NCBI GenBank assembly: GCA_016188265.1
Contig: JACPID010000001.1
Span: forward strand, 1,674-65,673
Reading direction: 5' to 3'
Length of the DNA stretch: 64,000 bases
From: Candidatus Woesearchaeota archaeon
Lineage (GTDB): Archaea; Nanobdellota; Nanobdellia; Woesearchaeales; ARS49
The notes beneath the pieces are model-generated. The model ran no database searches, was not told where the DNA came from, and saw nothing but the letters and a program-made list of their open reading frames with translations. A program made the translations under genes and the position numbers. Positions 46,483-55,562 of this stretch are shown here, in pieces; position 1 is the first letter of the stretch, and each line of letters begins with the position of its first letter.

Positions 46483-47130
46483 TTAATTTTGTTGTGTGAT
46501 TATTCCTTTGATGATAAGTTTGCCTAGCGTTGAAAGTTGTACTGAAATTCTGCCTTTTTTTTCATTAGTTTCAATAATCCCTAGAGAAATAAGTCCTTCT
46601 GATTTATAATTGCCATTAATATGATATGAAATTAATGGAAGACTCATTTTTGTTTTTTTTGCTAAATCTTCTAAAGAAGCACAACAATTCTTGTCTTTCC
46701 ATAACAATTCAAGAATTTTTAATTTTCTATCTGTTAATAGTTTATAATATGAAAATTTCATTACTGGCAATAGCATTACTTGGTTATTCATAATAGAGAA
46801 TGCTTTTATTCCGTGAACAAATGCCGCGCTTGTTACTGCACAAGTTGTTATTTTATCTCCTGTTGCAGTATTGATAAGAATGTCTTTTTCAATATATCTT
46901 TTTTTTATTTTTCCAATATTTTCAAATGAGTTTTCCCAAATGTCTCCTTGAATATTTATCACTTCATAAGATATATTAAATCTAGCAAGATCTTTTTTTA
47001 ATTGCTCAGTTTCTTTTTTTTTGTAGTTTGGAGCAAGAAGAACTACATGCTCTGTTGGAAACTCTTTTATTCCTACAAATAATAAATTAGGTTCATCTCC
47101 AACTGGAGCAATAATTACATATTTTTTCAT
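46483..47130 (-). CDS. Csa3-like CARF-domain plus wHTH transcriptional regulator (orphan)
   Basis: N-terminal Rossmann-like MKKYVIIAPVGDEP...ILINTATGDKITTCAVTSAAFVHG (CARF core pattern). C-terminal wHTH KILELLWKDKNCCASLEDLAKKTKMS. Start placed at the internal Met to avoid a 74-nt overlap. Confidence 0.45.
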   Translation of the reverse strand: MKKYVIIAPVGDEPNLLFVGIKEFPTEHVVLLAPNYKKKETEQLKKDLARFNISYEVINIQGDIWENSFENIGKIKKRYIEKDILINTATGDKITTCAVTSAAFVHGIKAFSIMNNQVMLLPVMKFSYYKLLTDRKLKILELLWKDKNCCASLEDLAKKTKMSLPLISYHINGNYKSEGLISLGIIETNEKKGRISVQLSTLGKLIIKGIITQQN

Positions 47131-47134
47131 TAAA

Positions 47135-47584
47135 TTATTTTTTACTTTGAAGGTTGTCAAGGCTCCAAGGGCCAGATCCTGATAATAAAAGGCTGGCTGT
47201 TGCGCCAAGTAATCCTAGATCTTTAAGCAAGTTCATTGGATCTTTCCAAGTTACTGTTGATATTGCAACAATAAGAACAATTGTTAAAGGCAGTGATGCC
47301 CATCTTGTCAAGAGTCCTAAAAGAACTAATAGTCCTCCAACAAGTTCTGTTAGCGCTAAAAGCCATGCCCAAAGCATTACTGGTGAAAATCCTAAGCCTG
47401 AAAGAAGCCCTATGACAAAAGACTGGCTTCCATCTTGTAATAAGCTAGTTGTTTTCATCCATCCAAATAATAAAAACATTACACCAATGCCTAATCTAAC
47501 AAGCAATGGTGCATAATTAAGTTTTTGCACTGTAGCTTGTAATAGTTTTTCTGTTGTTTTTTTCTTTTTTGCCATAATTATCAC
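47135..47584 (-). CDS. DoxX-family membrane protein
   Basis: LLVRLGIGVMFLLFGWMK...LVGGLLVLLGLLTRWASL is a typical DoxX fold. Confidence 0.55.
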   Translation of the reverse strand: MIIMAKKKKTTEKLLQATVQKLNYAPLLVRLGIGVMFLLFGWMKTTSLLQDGSQSFVIGLLSGLGFSPVMLWAWLLALTELVGGLLVLLGLLTRWASLPLTIVLIVAISTVTWKDPMNLLKDLGLLGATASLLLSGSGPWSLDNLQSKK

Positions 47585-47640
47585 CCAATAAAGAATTAAA
47601 TTGGTTTTTTTTATAAATATTATGTTATACTAGAGCAGCA

Positions 47641-48564
47641 TTATATAATTCCATCTCTTTTTAATTGATTAATTGTATCTTGAAGTAGTTCTTTAACATG
47701 TTTTGAATGTATGGTGAATCCTACGCCTTCAAATTCTTTTAGTTTCATTGTATTGATGCCAATTACTTTTCCAAGTTTATTAATTAATGGTCCTCCGCTA
47801 TTTCCGGGATTAATTGGAACATCTGTTTGTATATAAGTTCTTCCGTTAAGTTTTCTTTCAGATGCGCTAACAATTCCTTGGGTTACAGTAAAGTCAAGAC
47901 CTCCTGGATTGCCAAAAGCCATAACTGATTCTCCTGTTTTAACTTCAGTGTCAATTGCTAATGAAGGAAATTTATCTTCTTCACTTACTATACGTAATAT
48001 TGCAAGATCATTTTCTGGTCTTACTTTAATAACTTGAACAGGATAAATTTTAGTATTGTATAATAGTGCAGAACCAATATTTGCATTTTTAACAACATGG
48101 TAATTTGTTACAATAAGGCCTTTTTGGTGAACAATAACTCCGCTTCCAATTCCTGTATCTGTTCTTATGCTTACAACTGATGGTAGGACTATTTTTACTA
48201 TTCCTGACAGGTCTTCTCCTCCAGGTGCAGTATATTTTAGTTGTTCTTCAAATTTTGATAGTTCAACTAAGTTTTCTTTTTTAACTTCAGAAATTTTTTC
48301 TGTTAATATTGCAAAATTTTTTTGAATTTGTTCATTTAATGTGTTTAAATAATTTTCAAGTGTTTGAGCTTCTTTTATATTCTCCCTTATAATAATGCTG
48401 TTTTGTAAGTCAATATAATCTCTTAAGCCAATTTGAGACTGCATTAAGTGATTTATTTCACGTTCTTGCATGTATAACTGCACTTGTTGAAGTATTATAA
48501 GAACAATAAATGCTGTAATTGCAACTCTTAAAAAAATTTTATATTTAGTATGCACCTCTTTCAT
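47641..48564 (-). CDS. HtrA/DegP-family trypsin-like serine protease with N-terminal TM and coiled coil
   Basis: Catalytic-triad blocks TNYHVV, D-containing region, GNSGGPLIN. Confidence 0.7.
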   Translation of the reverse strand: MKEVHTKYKIFLRVAITAFIVLIILQQVQLYMQEREINHLMQSQIGLRDYIDLQNSIIIRENIKEAQTLENYLNTLNEQIQKNFAILTEKISEVKKENLVELSKFEEQLKYTAPGGEDLSGIVKIVLPSVVSIRTDTGIGSGVIVHQKGLIVTNYHVVKNANIGSALLYNTKIYPVQVIKVRPENDLAILRIVSEEDKFPSLAIDTEVKTGESVMAFGNPGGLDFTVTQGIVSASERKLNGRTYIQTDVPINPGNSGGPLINKLGKVIGINTMKLKEFEGVGFTIHSKHVKELLQDTINQLKRDGII

Positions 48565-48649
48565 TAATGTATTTTAAGTAATTGAGATTTAAAAGATTTA
48601 TGTTTAATTGATAAAAACATATTGTTTTAGAAGTAACTTAATAATTAAA

Positions 48650-49102
48650 TCATTTTTTCCCAAAATAAAAGAATTTTTCTATGCTTACTTCTTCTAATTT
48701 TACTGTATTTTGTGGTGGCAGAGGTATAGGCTCTTTTTGTGGCGGTGTTGAGTTTTGCTGCTTTTGTTGCTGGCTTGTTTGTTGTTGAGGGCTTTGCTCT
48801 GTTTTTTGAGAATATTGTAGTTTTGCAACATTTTGTTGAAGCATACTTACTTGGTCTTGAAGCAAAGAAATTTTTTCACTTAGTTGAGAAAATTCATTTT
48901 TAAACTGTTTTGTACTCATATCTAGTAAAACCTGCATTTTTTTTTCTAAAAAGGCTGTATTTGATTGTGTTTCTTGATGTACATTTGTATTTTGTTCTCT
49001 TTCAACTATTGTTTGTTTGGCAACATTAAGAGCTGGATTTTCTCTCATTCTTTTTGTCAGCTCATTTAATTCTTTTATTTTATTTAAATCCATTTCACAC
49101 AC
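48650..49102 (-). CDS. Gln-rich coiled-coil protein
   Basis: Q-rich low complexity plus heptads. Confidence 0.35.
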   Translation of the reverse strand: MCEMDLNKIKELNELTKRMRENPALNVAKQTIVEREQNTNVHQETQSNTAFLEKKMQVLLDMSTKQFKNEFSQLSEKISLLQDQVSMLQQNVAKLQYSQKTEQSPQQQTSQQQKQQNSTPPQKEPIPLPPQNTVKLEEVSIEKFFYFGKK

Positions 49103-49238
49103 CTAGAGATTTTACACACTTATCACAATAGTATTTTTTTCCTTGTTGTTTAGCTATGCAAAGTTGGCATAACATTTTGCCGCACCACATACAGCTTCCA
49201 ATACTTTCTTTTTTGTGATCTATACAGGGGGATGTCAT
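49095..49238 (-). CDS. small double Zn-ribbon protein (47 aa)
   Basis: By-eye translation MTSPCIDHKKESIGSCMWCGKMLCQLCIAKQQGKKYYCDKCVKSLGV. Below the ORF-track cutoff. Confidence 0.4.
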   Translation of the reverse strand: MTSPCIDHKKESIGSCMWCGKMLCQLCIAKQQGKKYYCDKCVKSLGV

Positions 49239-49966
49239 CTTAGATTTGATTTAAAGTTTTCTTTCATAAATGCAACCATTGCTTGATTTTGTGCAAGTTG
49301 ATATGCGCGTAGAGCAAGTGTTAAAAGGCCTTCTTTTAAACACTGGTCTCCCAGAGTGTTTAACTTATCAAGATCTCCTGCAAGTTCATATGATTGAAAG
49401 GCATATGCAAGTTGTCTTTCATTCATGCATTGATCCCCAACTTTTGATAGTTTAGTATTATCTCCTAGTGCTTTAAAAACTTCAATTGCATATTCCCATT
49501 TTCCTCTTGAAAGACACTCTTCTCCTACAACTCCGAGCATTTCTGTATGATTCAGCGCTTTAAATGAAGTCATAGCATCTTTAAACTTACCTTCTTCAAG
49601 GCAGCGTTTTCCTAAAGAGTATAATTTATTTCTTTCTTGGGCTAGTTCATAGCATTCAATTGCATTGCCTAATTGTCCAATACGGTCATAATCATCTCCG
49701 ATTTTAACAAGTTTAGCCTGGTTTCCAGCGAGAACATATGATTTGACTGCTTCATGAAGGCGTCCTTTTCTTAAATATTCATCACCTAATACATTAAGAA
49801 TTTGAGATTTTATTTCTTCAGAAAACATAGATAAATTGATATTGTCTATGCCTTTTTCAATAAGTGTTGGAACTAAACTTTTAAACTGGTTTGAGCTGTC
49901 TTGTTTTTTCACAAGTTCATTATTATTAAGAATTTCATCCATCAATGAATCAAATTCGTCACCCAT
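49235..49966 (-). CDS. internal-repeat protein (about six repeats of ~38 aa, alpha-solenoid-like)
   Basis: Recurrent [LV]G[DEK]xC[LM]xxG[KR]...A[IL]xx[FY]x[LA][LA] units, for example LGDEYLRKGRLHEAVKSYVLAGN / IGDDYDRIGQLGNAIECYELAQE / LGKRCLEEGKFKDAMTSFKALNH. Confidence 0.45.
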   Translation of the reverse strand: MGDEFDSLMDEILNNNELVKKQDSSNQFKSLVPTLIEKGIDNINLSMFSEEIKSQILNVLGDEYLRKGRLHEAVKSYVLAGNQAKLVKIGDDYDRIGQLGNAIECYELAQERNKLYSLGKRCLEEGKFKDAMTSFKALNHTEMLGVVGEECLSRGKWEYAIEVFKALGDNTKLSKVGDQCMNERQLAYAFQSYELAGDLDKLNTLGDQCLKEGLLTLALRAYQLAQNQAMVAFMKENFKSNLR

Positions 49967-50077
49967 TTTAAATTAAAAAGTAGTGAATTGATTTATAATA
50001 ATTTCGTTGGTTGAATAGTTGTTCTAAGGCATATAAGATAGAAAAAATATTAAAACTCTATTTATTTTACTTAGTTT

Positions 50078-50503
50078 ATGCCTTTATATCTTAAAAAGTG
50101 GATTGTTGATTATTTAAAGTATCGTGATAGTATAGCCCTAGATATTCTAGAATTTCAAGAAAATAAGGATGGTTATGATTATGTTGTTAAGCGTAAGCGT
50201 GGAGAACAGTTTATAATAGTTCAAAATGATTTTAAATGGAAGGATATTGAAAATAAAATAAAAAATGATACTGTTATTGTTGTTGAAGATACAACAAAAA
50301 ATATTGATGAGCTTGTTAAAAATTGGGATAAAATAATAAATCATAAAATTCTAACAATAGTTTTTGTGCATTCTGCTGGAACAAAGTGGGTTTTAAACCC
50401 TTATACTCATGCTTTAATTTCTAATAAAGCAAATCTAAAACAAGGGTTATTATCTATAGCTTCAACATCAAGAGGTGAAGAAATACTCTTAAAAAGCGTT
50501 TAG
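50078..50503 (+). CDS. hypothetical protein
   Basis: 141-aa ORF, no motif recognised. Confidence 0.35.
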   Translation: MPLYLKKWIVDYLKYRDSIALDILEFQENKDGYDYVVKRKRGEQFIIVQNDFKWKDIENKIKNDTVIVVEDTTKNIDELVKNWDKIINHKILTIVFVHSAGTKWVLNPYTHALISNKANLKQGLLSIASTSRGEEILLKSV

Positions 50504-50514
50504 TAAGTTATTAA

Positions 50515-50856
50515 TCAATATTCTTCAGTAGTTGTTGCTAATGGTGCAGCTGTTTTTTCTTCTGTTTCTTCATCTGCGCTTGGAACTGCTGCTTTGCTGA
50601 TTATGAATATGTCTCCTACTGCTTTTACGAACTGGTGAGGCACAATTACTCCTTTTGCAGTGCCTAAAACTCTGCTTAAAAAAGAGTTTTTAGTTGATTT
50701 AACTCTCCAGCCATAAACTTTGTTCATAGAAAGAATTGTTTCTTCAATATCTCCAAAATAGTCTCCTTGATCTGTAAATACTTTCATATCATATGTTTCT
50801 GAGATTTTTTTAACGCGAAGCATGGATGTACAAGAATATTTTATATATTTAAACAT
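50515..50856 (-). CDS. PRC-barrel domain protein
   Basis: Roughly 80-aa PRC-barrel-like core followed by an acidic tail. Confidence 0.4.
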   Translation of the reverse strand: MFKYIKYSCTSMLRVKKISETYDMKVFTDQGDYFGDIEETILSMNKVYGWRVKSTKNSFLSRVLGTAKGVIVPHQFVKAVGDIFIISKAAVPSADEETEEKTAAPLATTTEEY

Positions 50857-50870
50857 TTTGATACTCGAGT

Positions 50871-51563
50871 ATGCGTTTTAAAAATATTATGTTAATAGGC
50901 ACATCACATATTGCAAAACAAAGTGTTCAAGAGGTTAAAAGAGCAATTGAGGAAGAGCGTCCTGAAATTGTTGCATTAGAGCTTGATCCTAAAAGGCTTC
51001 AAGCATTGTTTAGTAATAAAAAAGGAAGTAGATTAACTTGGAAAGATATTAAAAAAATAGGAGTAAAAGGCTGGCTGTTTTCTATAATTGGTTCATGGAT
51101 CGAGCATAAATTAGGCCAAAAAGTTGGAGTTGCTCCTGGTACTGAAATGTTAAATGCATTTAAGATTGCAAAAAAACAAGGTGCAGAAGTTGCATTAATT
51201 GATCAAGATATAGAAATTACTTTGCGTAAGTTTAGTAAAGCATTATCTTGGAAAGAAAAATGGTATTTTATTGTTGATATTGTTAAAGGTTTGTTTGGAA
51301 GAACAGAGATAACTTTTGATATATCAAAAGTTCCAGATGAAAAACTTATTCACGAACTGCTTAAAAAAGTCAAAAAAAGATATCCTAATTTGTATAGAGT
51401 TTTAGTTTTAGAACGCAATAAAGTTATGGCGCGCAGGCTTGCAACACTTTCTGCAAAATTCCCAGAAAAGAATATTGTAGCTGTTGTTGGTGCAGGCCAT
51501 GAAAGTGATATTATTGAATTACTCAAAAAGTATTTAAACAAAAGAACAGACATTATTATATGA
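50871..51563 (+). CDS. TraB/PrgY/GumN-family protein
   Basis: IMLIGTSHIAKQSVQEVKRAIEEERPEIVALELD and a GAGHE block near the C-terminus. Confidence 0.55.
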   Translation: MRFKNIMLIGTSHIAKQSVQEVKRAIEEERPEIVALELDPKRLQALFSNKKGSRLTWKDIKKIGVKGWLFSIIGSWIEHKLGQKVGVAPGTEMLNAFKIAKKQGAEVALIDQDIEITLRKFSKALSWKEKWYFIVDIVKGLFGRTEITFDISKVPDEKLIHELLKKVKKRYPNLYRVLVLERNKVMARRLATLSAKFPEKNIVAVVGAGHESDIIELLKKYLNKRTDIII

Positions 51564-51564
51564 A

Positions 51565-52374
51565 ATGTATAAAGATCAGTTTGTAAATTATTGGTTTTCT
51601 AAACTTTTGCATTTTTTTATTAAAATTAGGCAAAAGTTTAGAACCTACACTTTTGCCAAAATCAAATATAAAATGCAAAAGTGTAGATTTTCTAAAAATG
51701 AGTGGAAAATTTTCATAATAACTGTTTTTTTATTTGCGTTTATGTTTTCTTTTAATGAATGGGGTGTTGAAAAATTTGATTTAATAATTGGGTTAGAAAA
51801 TTATTTGCTTGCGTTATTTATTGTAGGATTATCAGTTTTTGTTCATCATTCTACTCAACGCATTACTGCGATCTTGCTTGAGTATAAGCCAGAGCATAAA
51901 ATATGGTGGCGTGGTTTAATAATAGGATTAATTATAACTATTATCACAAATGGAAAATTTTGGTTTTTTGCTGCAAGTTCGTTTTGGATTTTAATTCCTG
52001 AAAAAGGCAGGTTTAGGCGTCCTTCTGGGCCAAATATGAAAGATTTTGCAATAGCTTCTTTAAGAGGGCCTTTGTCTAATGTTGCTTTAGCAGCTTCAGT
52101 TAAAACACTTTCTTGGATTATTCCTATTAATGAATTATTTGTTCAAAAATTATTTGTATTTAATTTATTGTATGCTTTTTTTCAATTGCTTCCAATTCCG
52201 CCTCTTGATGGTAGCCGAGTTTTTTTTGCTTCAAGGCAATGGTATGTTCTTTTAGTTGGTTTTTTTCTATCTTATATTTTTCTTTTTGCAGTGTTTAGTA
52301 TATTTTCATTTATATGGGCATTTTTAATTGCTTTTATAATTTGGTTCTTATATTACACTTTTGTGGAATTATAG
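51565..52374 (+). CDS. polytopic membrane protein
   Basis: Multiple TM helices; no HExxH motif. Confidence 0.4.
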   Translation: MYKDQFVNYWFSKLLHFFIKIRQKFRTYTFAKIKYKMQKCRFSKNEWKIFIITVFLFAFMFSFNEWGVEKFDLIIGLENYLLALFIVGLSVFVHHSTQRITAILLEYKPEHKIWWRGLIIGLIITIITNGKFWFFAASSFWILIPEKGRFRRPSGPNMKDFAIASLRGPLSNVALAASVKTLSWIIPINELFVQKLFVFNLLYAFFQLLPIPPLDGSRVFFASRQWYVLLVGFFLSYIFLFAVFSIFSFIWAFLIAFIIWFLYYTFVEL

Positions 52375-52412
52375 CAAAGTTTTACGAAAAAGTATATAAA
52401 CAGAAAAAATGA

Positions 52413-52694
52413 ATGTTTTCTAAAATGGGTGATAAGTTAGTTATGTTTTATGGAGAAGAGTGTGATGTTTGCCATGATATGTTTCCATTACTTGATAAGC
52501 TTGAAAAAGAGTTAAATGTTAAAATAGCTCGTTTAGAAGTATGGCATAATTCTAAAAATGATGAGCTTCGTCAGGAATATGATAAGCATTTTTCTTGTGA
52601 AGGTGTGCCTTTTTTCTTTAATACGCAGACAAAAAAGGGATTGTGTGGCAGGCAGGATTATAAAAAATTAAAAGAGTTTTTTGGAGGAAAATGA
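52413..52694 (+). CDS. thioredoxin/glutaredoxin-fold protein (CDVC)
   Basis: FYGEECDVCHDMFP (CxxC) in a 93-aa protein. Confidence 0.45.
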   Translation: MFSKMGDKLVMFYGEECDVCHDMFPLLDKLEKELNVKIARLEVWHNSKNDELRQEYDKHFSCEGVPFFFNTQTKKGLCGRQDYKKLKEFFGGK

Positions 52695-53743
52695 AAAAGA
52701 TTTTGGCTGAGTTTAAAGTAAACTATATTCAAGTACTTGATGAAAGAGGTGAAGTGGACAAAAAATTAATGCCAAAATTTTCAAAAAATCAAATTAAAAA
52801 TATGTATTAATTAATGCTTTTAACTCGTGCTTTTGATGAAAAGGCTCTTTTACTTCAAAGGCAAGGGCGTTTGGGAACTTATGCTGTTTCAAGAGGCCAA
52901 GAAGCTGCGCAAATTGGTTCTGCTTTAGCTTTGAAAAATGATGACTGGGTTGTGCCAAGTTTTCGTGAGCAGGGTGTTTTTATTGCATTGGGATATCCTT
53001 TGCACCAGTTATACCAGTATTGGGGTTGGGATGAGAGAGGTATGAATATTCCTAAAAAATTTAGTATTCTTCCAATTACTATTCCTGTTAGCGCTCAAAT
53101 TCCTCATGCTGTTGGAATTGCATATGCATTAAAGTTAAGAAATGAAAAAAAAGTAGTTGCATGCTATTTTGGTGATGGGGGAACAAGCAAAGGAGATTTT
53201 CATGAAGGCCTAAATATGGCAGGTGTGTGGGCTCTTCCTGTTGTTTTTATTTGCCAAAATAATCAGTGGGCAATAAGTGTTTCTAGAAAAAAACAAAGTG
53301 CTTCAAAAACATTGGCGCAAAAAGCTATTTCTTATGGATTTGAAGGTATTCAGGTTGATGGCAATGATGTTTTTGGTATTTACAAGGTTGTTTCTGAAGC
53401 TGTAAAAAAAGCAAGAAGCGGAAAAGGGCCTAGTTTAATTGAGTGTTTTACTTACAGAATCGGAGATCACACAACTTCTGATGATGCTTCACGTTATCGT
53501 TCAAAAAAAGAAGTTGAAAGCTGGATTAAAAAAGATCCTATTGAACGCTTAAGAAAGTATATGAAAAAAAAAGAAATGTGGACAAAGATGTATGAAAAAC
53601 AATTGAAAAAAAAAATAGGCAAACAAGTAAAAGAAGCTGTTGAAAGATTTGAAAAAATCCCTAAACAAAATCCAGAGGAAATGTTTAGATATGTTTATGC
53701 TGAAATGCCTTGGTTTTTAAAAGAAGAGATGAGAGATATATGA
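52691..53743 (+). pseudogene. pdhA: 2-oxoacid dehydrogenase E1 alpha subunit interrupted by an in-frame TAA at 52808..52810
   Basis: The upstream 39 codons (MKKILAEFKVNYIQVLDERGEVDKKLMPKF...) and the listed ORF LMLLTRAFDEKALLLQRQGRLG are in one frame. Together they reconstitute the conserved E1alpha N-terminus. The TPP motif YFGDGGTSKGDFHEGLNMA is intact. Confidence 0.6.
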
Positions 53744-54489
53744 GTATTTTGCAAGTTATGAATTTAGGATTGAAAAGATATTATGAAGTGTTAAAATTAC
53801 AAGAAGAACTTGTTAAAAAAAGATTGGAAAATAAAATTCCTGATACTCTTATTATAACAGAACACCCGCCTGTTATTACTTTTGGCTTTAATAAAAAGTG
53901 GAATAAAATGCATGTATCTATTGATGAACTTGCAAAAAGAGGTGTTGAATTTTATTATTCATCAAGAGGTGGAGGTGCTACTTGTCTGGCTCCTGGAACT
54001 ATTGTTTGTTATACAATTATTGATTTAAATGAAAGAAAAATAAGTATTGGCAATTATATGAATCTTATTGAAAAAGTTATGCTTAATGTTTTTAGTTCAT
54101 ATAATCTTAAGGCATATATTCGTACAGGTTTTAATCCAACAACACAAAGGCCTTATAAGGGTGTGTGGTATTTTTATAATGAAAAAGAAAATAAGTTAGG
54201 TGCAAAAGGAGTGTTTATTAAAAAGTGCAATGGAAGAGATGTAACAATGTATGGATTTTCAATGTATTTTAAAAAAGAAGGTTTGCAATATTTTGATTTA
54301 ATTGATCATTGCGGGTTTAAAAGAGAACAAGTAGGTGTGATTTCAATGGAAGATATACTAGGTTATACTCCTAATAAAGAAGATGTTGTTAAAAAAATTG
54401 TTGAGAGTTTCAAAAAAGAGTTAAATTATGATTTTGTCAAGAACTACATACTAAAGGAGGTAGCGTGTTTACACACAGCTACAAAATGA
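53740..54489 (+). CDS. lipoate-protein ligase / octanoyltransferase family protein
   Basis: BPL/LPL catalytic-domain layout with SRGGGATCLAPGTI. The last ~18 codons lie inside repeat copy C. Confidence 0.55.
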   Translation: MSILQVMNLGLKRYYEVLKLQEELVKKRLENKIPDTLIITEHPPVITFGFNKKWNKMHVSIDELAKRGVEFYYSSRGGGATCLAPGTIVCYTIIDLNERKISIGNYMNLIEKVMLNVFSSYNLKAYIRTGFNPTTQRPYKGVWYFYNEKENKLGAKGVFIKKCNGRDVTMYGFSMYFKKEGLQYFDLIDHCGFKREQVGVISMEDILGYTPNKEDVVKKIVESFKKELNYDFVKNYILKEVACLHTATK

Positions 54490-54575
54490 TCAAGTAGTTC
54501 TTGATCACTGTTGAAAACTGCTTGTCGTTTCTACTGACTTAAGTCGGTAGTGTACCTCAAGAGCAGTTTTCAATG
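54435..54575. repeat. structured repeat element, copy C, overlapping the 3' end of the lipoate-ligase gene
   Basis: TGTCAAGAACTAC...GTAGTTCTTGATCA hairpin; block GGTAGCGTGTTTACACACAGCTACAAAATGATC matches copy B (GGCAGCGTGTTTTCACACAGCTACTAAATCATC). Second hairpin TTGAAAACTGCTTG...CAAGAGCAGTTTTCAA with inner CTACTGACTTAAGTCGGTAG. Confidence 0.6.
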
Positions 54576-54593
54576 TATTAAAGGTGAAATTGT

Positions 54594-55562
54594 ATGCCAG
54601 TTATGAATATGGTTAATGCATTGAATCTTGCATTAAGGCAAGAAATGAAAAAAGACAATAGTGTTGTTGTTTTAGGTGAAGATGTTGGCATTAATGGCGG
54701 AGTTTTCAGAGTTACAGATGGCTTATTGAAATTATATGGTAAAAAAAGAGTTATTGATACCCCTCTTGCAGAGTCTGGAATTATTGGCGCTTCAATAGGC
54801 ATGGCTATTAATGGTTTAAGGCCTGTTGCAGAAATCCAGTTTAGTGGTTTTATGTATTCTACTTTTGATCAAATTATATCTCATGCATCTAGAATAAGAA
54901 ATCGTTCAAGAGGAAGATATTCTTGCCCTGTTGTTATTAGAACTCCTTATTCTGGAGGAATAAAGGCTTTAGAGCATCATTCAGAAAGCATGGAAGCATT
55001 ATATACACATATTCCGGGAATTAAGGTTGTTATTCCTTCAACACCGGCTGATGCAAAAGGTTTATTGATTAGTGCTATTCGTGATCCTGATCCAGTTATT
55101 TTTTTAGAACCAAAGAGAATATACAGGGCTGTTAAAGAATATGTTCAAGAAAATGAATACATAATTCCTATTGGAAAAGCTAGGCTTGTTCGTGAAGGAA
55201 ATCAAGTTAGTATTATTTGTTGGGGTGCTATGGTCCGTGAGTGTGAACGTGCTGTATTGCAGTCAGGAATTGATGCTGAAATTATTGATTTAAGATCATT
55301 AAAACCTTTTGATGTTGATTTAATAATTGAAAGTGTTAAAAAAACTCGCAGAGTAGTTGTTGTTCATGAGGCTCCGAAAACAAATGGTTTTGGTGCAGAA
55401 ATTATTGCAACCATAAATGAAAATGCATTATTATATTTGGATGCTCCGCCAATAAGAGTAACTGGTTTTGATAGTGTAATTCCTCTTGGAAAACTTGAAG
55501 ATGTTTATTTGCCTAATGTTGAAAGAATTAATAAAGCATTGCAAAAAGTGGTGAGTTTTTAA
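54594..55562 (+). CDS. pdhB: 2-oxoacid dehydrogenase E1 beta subunit
   Basis: VVVLGEDVGINGGVFRVTDGLLKLYGKKRVIDTPLAESGIIGASIGMA is the typical E1beta N-terminus. AGGTGA Shine-Dalgarno-like motif upstream. Confidence 0.8.
   Translation: MPVMNMVNALNLALRQEMKKDNSVVVLGEDVGINGGVFRVTDGLLKLYGKKRVIDTPLAESGIIGASIGMAINGLRPVAEIQFSGFMYSTFDQIISHASRIRNRSRGRYSCPVVIRTPYSGGIKALEHHSESMEALYTHIPGIKVVIPSTPADAKGLLISAIRDPDPVIFLEPKRIYRAVKEYVQENEYIIPIGKARLVREGNQVSIICWGAMVRECERAVLQSGIDAEIIDLRSLKPFDVDLIIESVKKTRRVVVVHEAPKTNGFGAEIIATINENALLYLDAPPIRVTGFDSVIPLGKLEDVYLPNVERINKALQKVVSF

Noticed and set aside
52808-52810. Possibility that TAA is a sense codon in this organism (alternative genetic code)
   Set aside because: Dozens of genes in the window terminate cleanly on TAA where homologs end. 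A single internal TAA is better explained by a mutation or error in that one gene.
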